64,000 nucleotides of DNA from Oikopleura dioica. Taxonomy: Eukaryota > Animalia > Chordata. The translations under genes were made by a program, and so were the position numbers. How positions within the stretch are numbered: the first letter of the stretch is position 1; each line of letters starts with the position of its first letter. The notes under the pieces were generated by a model, which saw only the letters and a list, made by a program, of their open reading frames with translations, made no database searches and was not told the DNA's origin. The stretch covers positions 9,672,001-9,736,000 of the forward strand of contig OU015569.1 in the NCBI GenBank assembly GCA_907165135.1, in the 5' to 3' direction. Of the stretch, positions 61,685 through 64,000 are shown piece after piece.

Positions 61685-61983
61685 ACAAACAAATTAACTC
61701 TAGAAATCTTATCTAGAAAAATTTCTATGCGTTGCATCTTCCATTATTCTTCCATTCATTATTGAAAAATTCTCTAAATGGAATTATGCTGCTAAAGTTA
61801 TGCACCTAAGTCAGCTGACTTGACGATAAATGTTCTTGTGACAAAACAACAAACTGAAACTCACATTTAACTATTATAAATTATAATTTATTAAAAATCA
61901 CATTCTAATGAGAGAACAGAAGAGGTACGCGATCATTATAAGCTAGATTTGCAGTATCGTGGCAATACTGTCGTCATTAAATA

Positions 61984-62910
61984 TTACCATACAGCATCGA
62001 TGGCAGCTTCGTGGTCGGGCTCTTCATCAGAGGAATCTTCAGTTGGCGCTTCCGGAGAATCTTTCGGCAAAATTGTAACATTGACTACAATATAGGCGAC
62101 TCGAACTTGCCGTTTCAACTTCATTTCAATCTTCCCGTTCTCAGCAATCTTCGTCTTTGTCGTCCCAACAACGTAATCGTAGTACCACCAGTATTCATTT
62201 GCTTCGGCTTTGATTTTTGGACCACCGTCTAAAATATTATACACATGCATAGTAAACAGAAGTCTTCACCGATTTTTTCGAGGGAAAAGTGATGAAATCC
62301 ATCGCCAAGGAGTTCATCAGAATCCAAGTCAATACAAGAGCCCACAAATTTAACTCGCCATCCTGAGGCTTCAATATCTTTGTTGTATTCGCAAAGCCGT
62401 TTTTCATTTTTGGTAATTATCGGCCTGTTTATAGGGGTATTTGGTGGGAAAGTCATTTTAATGTAAGATCCATTCGAGTGAAACTTTTGCGAGGTTATTT
62501 TATTTATATAGCTTTTAACTGAAGTTGAAAAAAATAAAGAAAGTCAAAATTATTGAATCTCGATCCTTAAAATTTACTTTTTTTGCGCCCAACTCGAGCA
62601 GTTTCAGCACATTCTTGATGTCATCGTCTTCAAAATCGTCGCGACCATCCTCATTTTTGCCTGGCCAACCTTCGTCTCCTTCATAGTGACCTGCTCCTAA
62701 CTCTGGCCCTAGTTTCTTTGTCCAGTATCGCAGACGATTCTTTCGGTTTCTTTCAGCTCTTTTCTCTTCCTCCATTCTAAAAAAGGAGTTAATTATTTTG
62801 TTTCTTTCTAATTGATCAGCTGATGAAATAGAGGGAGGATATATTATTTGTAATATATTATTTATGAATATTAAATAACCTTTTGATTTCATTTTCTTCC
62901 CCTTCTTCAA
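61984..62910 (-). CDS. Uncharacterised multi-exon protein, divergent from H4; start unresolved
   Basis: Three consecutive minus-strand ORFs with coding-like composition separated by short AT-rich gaps. Confidence 0.45.
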
Positions 62911-63124
62911 ATTTTCTTTTCATTTGAAGACCGTTCAAATTATCTCGAGTTTTTTTTTTGCTCCTTTTATCTCAATCAGGAAAACTGCCGTCACCGCCGT
63001 TAAAAATTTTTGAATCAATAGCAAGAACGAACCGATGCTCAGTCAGCGATAAGCTTATTATTTTCTTCAAGATCAGATTTGCTAGTTCGCTCAATTTATT
63101 TTCTCTAGAAATTTGTTGTTTTGA

Positions 63125-63538
<414 letters not shown>

Positions 63539-63565
63539 ATCATCCTTTCCCGCTTTCGAAAAACC

Positions 63566-63581
63566 GGCCCTTTTAAGGGCC
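63566..63581 (+). promoter_or_regulatory. Histone 3' stem-loop (H4)
   Basis: GGCCCTTTTAAGGGCC followed by ACAAA. Confidence 0.9.
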
Positions 63582-64000
63582 ACAAATCCCAACAGCAATT
63601 GCATTTGTAGTTGCTCACATGGAAATTCCATATCATTTGCAAATCATGATATATGATTCATATGATATGAATCATATGATTATATGATATGATAGGTCGA
63701 TGAGCTATCTTTTTAATACGAATCAATGACTAAGGATTAGCAGCCCGCCAGAAATAGAACGCGGCAGGAGGGCCTAGTCAACAGAGGCAGAGATTCCCAG
63801 GGAGCAGCGGAAGGTGTCAAAGGCGCTCGCGAGCACTGGTTTCAACCGGTTGCTGCAAAATCACGCAGGTTCATTCCAAAAGGTTATAGACTATAACTTA
63901 AAGCCTGAAGCTAAGACCTATTTTGAGAAAATTATATTCAGAGACTTTCCATCTGATCTGTCCAATAAGCTTTCGACTTATTCTCATCACAGACAAGCCT

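Noticed and set aside
63646-63695. ATATG-type microsatellite with an 11-bp hairpin
   Set aside because: Low-complexity AT repeat; such hairpins arise by chance.

Overview
Gene-dense eukaryotic DNA with very short (about 40-60 nt) introns, some non-canonical GA-AG/GC-AG splice sites, and same-strand gene runs with splice-acceptor-like motifs just upstream of ATGs. By inference this is an appendicularian tunicate such as Oikopleura. Recognisable genes: shugoshin (3' part), NTF2, ALG5, TMEM201 plus a tandem pseudogene copy, FAK/PTK2, Rab2, UBXN11, CFAP210, LRRFIP, PLK1, a tetraspanin, an LXR-like NR1H nuclear receptor, an ASCL-like bHLH, HARS, an SLC38 transporter, an O-fucosyltransferase-like gene, a CUB/EGF/sushi membrane protein, and seven dispersed, divergent stem-loop histone genes (H3, 3x H2B, 2x H2A, H4). 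Three TIR elements with target-site duplications are present. Highlights: (1) two paralogous 47/48-aa Gly/Ala-rich micropeptide genes, missing from the ORF track, nested antisense in a 1.65-kb GA-AG intron of FAK, with 14 synonymous and 0 non-synonymous differences over 31 codons; (2) a 501-bp MITE in a UBXN11 exon whose 8-bp TSD provides splice sites for exact removal (introner-type intron gain); (3) a complete variant nucleosome set with altered modification sites (H3 S10T, H4 K5A, H2A T120K, Cys-rich H2B) and a shared promoter motif. Exon structures were assembled by eye and no database searches were run.
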